NCBI RefSeq assembly: GCF_036365525.1
Contig: NC_090417.1
Coordinates: forward strand, 7,581,850 to 7,645,849
DNA length: 64,000 nucleotides
Direction: 5' to 3'
Origin: Heterodontus francisci
Taxonomy: Eukaryota
The translations under genes were made by a program, and so were the position numbers. Positions 61,936 to 64,000 of this stretch are shown here, piece by piece. Positions within the stretch are counted from its first letter, which is position 1, and the number at the start of each line of letters is the position of its first letter. The notes beneath the pieces are model-generated. The model was not told the origin of the DNA, did no database searches, and saw only the letters and a list, made by a program, of their open reading frames with translations.

Positions 61936-63809
61936 ACGAATTGGAGCATGTCTTCTGTCGATTAAGAATGAAGTCAGTGACTCTGATTCTGCTTGTGGGT
62001 TGCTGGTGAGGTGGTGGGGAGCTGTCGGGAAGAACAGTTCTTTTCCAAGACCGGCGTTGGCAACCCTCCATTAATACCCCAGAGGCATCCACTCTTTATG
62101 GGTGCACCTCGACAGTGAATGGCAGTGTGCTATTTGACTGTGGAGTGCATCACCCCGAGGCCCGATTCTACCCTCAGTGCAGAGGGAGGTGGACTGAACT
62201 TTGGGATTTTCCTGGTCAGCATCACACCAGACAGCACAGTGTTACCCAGTAAAGCCATGAGGAATACTCTCAAACTTCCTTTGCACGTTTCAGAAGCTCT
62301 CTGGACTGGATTTGAATTTGAATGGGAAACGTACCCTCCCCCCACCCACCCCCCTCCCCCTGTGTTGAGTGTTGTAATCCGGGTTTTTCCACAACCATTC
62401 TGGGTATCTGGAGAACACAGCCTGCTTTAACAAAAATTAACAGTCACCCCAGTGTGCATTCAGGGCAGGACATTGTAACCAAAGGAGCATTGGAGCTGTT
62501 CAAACAAACAACACAGAAGGAGGCCATTCGGCCCGTCGTGCCTGTGCTGACTATTTGAAAGAGTAGTCATGTTTAGTCCTATGTCCCCTGTTTGTACGTT
62601 GCTGGGTTGGAGCATTCCAGAGCAGCACAGAGAGTAAGTACCTCAGGCAAAGCAAAACAACTAACAAGGCAGACCCGCAATGAAGGAGGACTGCCTCTTC
62701 AAGACAAAGCCAGCAGCCAGCTTTTTTATTTAGTAACCTTCTGGCATTGTTGCATGAGATGTGGTGGAAGTTCCAGGTGTTTGTCAGTCTGGGCTCAGCC
62801 TCCTGCAATAACAAGCAGGCCAGCAGAAAAAGGCTTTGTGTTGTGGTGTAGGGGGGAGGGGTGGCAGTAAGAGGGCACACTGAAGGGAGGGAGGGCTCAT
62901 CTGTTCCTGACTTCTTGTAAGATTCATGACGAGAGAGTCTGCAAACCGACGCAGATGGTTCCGGATTGCGGGGGCCTTGGGGAGTGTGGAAAGATGGGGG
63001 TGGAGAGAAAGAAGGCGCCCCCCTATCCCTGTAAAGATAGTCAGAAATTCACTGATTGAATATTGCACAGCGTGTGCAGAGCTCAGAGAATGATTACCCT
63101 GTGAAATGCAAAAGAGCCTTTTGTCCTTCAGGTTCAGGCATTAGTGGTACAGTAACTTTGGGAACTGGCCCGATAGTTGTGCACTGTAAAATTTAACATG
63201 AACTTTGATGCCTAGAGGAAGGTTTCTGAAAGAATATGGCTCTCTTTGTTCAGAACATTCTGGCTTGCTGCCTTTTAGATGAATTGAACAGGATGGAGCC
63301 ATCTCTTATTCTGTATCTCTCCTTCGTCGAGTTGTTTTCCTCCACTTCCCTGACGTCTGTATCCACCAGCGCTGGTCAGCTGCTGATGTTTCCGCACAGA
63401 GACCCTTCTTTTATGTGTGGGTCTTGACGCCACTGAGCCCGAGTAGGGGATTCGATTGTGGGGGGCTTCACAACCTAACCAGATCCAATTGGCTCGCACG
63501 CGCACTTAGAGTGTCAGTCAGAGGACAGCAGTCACGAGCTGTTGTCCTGGCTGGTTCTACCTCTTCCTATCTCGAGAGGGGAGCTGTGGGCAGCTGTAAC
63601 CTCTCGACAAACTCGACCCAGTTACCTGAGAATCCAGGACAACGGATTGAGGAAGGAGGGCGGTGGGCACCACATCTGCCCAGATGTTCAAATGTCTGAA
63701 TGCAACCCTCCAATAATACTCGGCAACAGAATTCAAGCGTAAGGGTTAGGAGGTGTTACGCACTGCAATCTTTGTGTTCTCTTCTGTTAGGGACTGTCAA
63801 TGTAATAAT

Positions 63810-64000
63810 GGAATCAATTCAATGGGGAATTCAGGAGAAAGCTCTTTCCCCAGAGAGTGGTGAAAATGTGGAACTGGCTACCACAGGGAGTAGTTGAGGT
63901 TATCAGCATAGATACCTTAAAGGGAAAGCTGGATAAACACATGAGGGAGAAAGGAATGGAAGGATATGTTGATGGGGTGGCAGAAGGCTTGTGTGCAGCA
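63810..64000 (+). mobile_element. Old CR1 3' fragment, runs to the window edge
   Basis: 'gaattcaggagaaagctctttccccagagagtggtgaaaatgtggaact'. Confidence 0.72.

Noticed and set aside
47182-64000. FGFR1 Ig-I or acid-box exons
   Set aside because: No matching peptide was seen in the ORF track or by eye; a short exon could have been missed.

Overview
Repeat-rich vertebrate genomic DNA, very probably from a cartilaginous fish (inferred from HE1-like V-SINEs, SacSINE1/AmnSINE-like SINEs and dense CR1 fragments). The only host gene I can support is the 5' end of FGFR1 on the + strand. It has a CpG-enriched promoter and putative non-coding exon 1 (~22.1-23.07 kb), a ~24 kb intron 1, and a 91-nt signal-peptide exon (47091-47181) that the ORF track misses. 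No further FGFR1 exon was recognised before the window ends. The rest is CR1, L2, RTE and Penelope-like retroelement debris, SINEs and three tandem arrays. Two observations stand out. (1) A 43-copy 60-bp array in intron 1 has five internal variant sites that all fall in one codon phase and are silent in an 890-codon antisense ORF; each unit also forms two hairpins. (2) Short Penelope-derived insertions flanked by target-site duplications (TSDs) have 5' ends at a minimal hammerhead ribozyme core. All family assignments come from recalled motifs; no database search was run.
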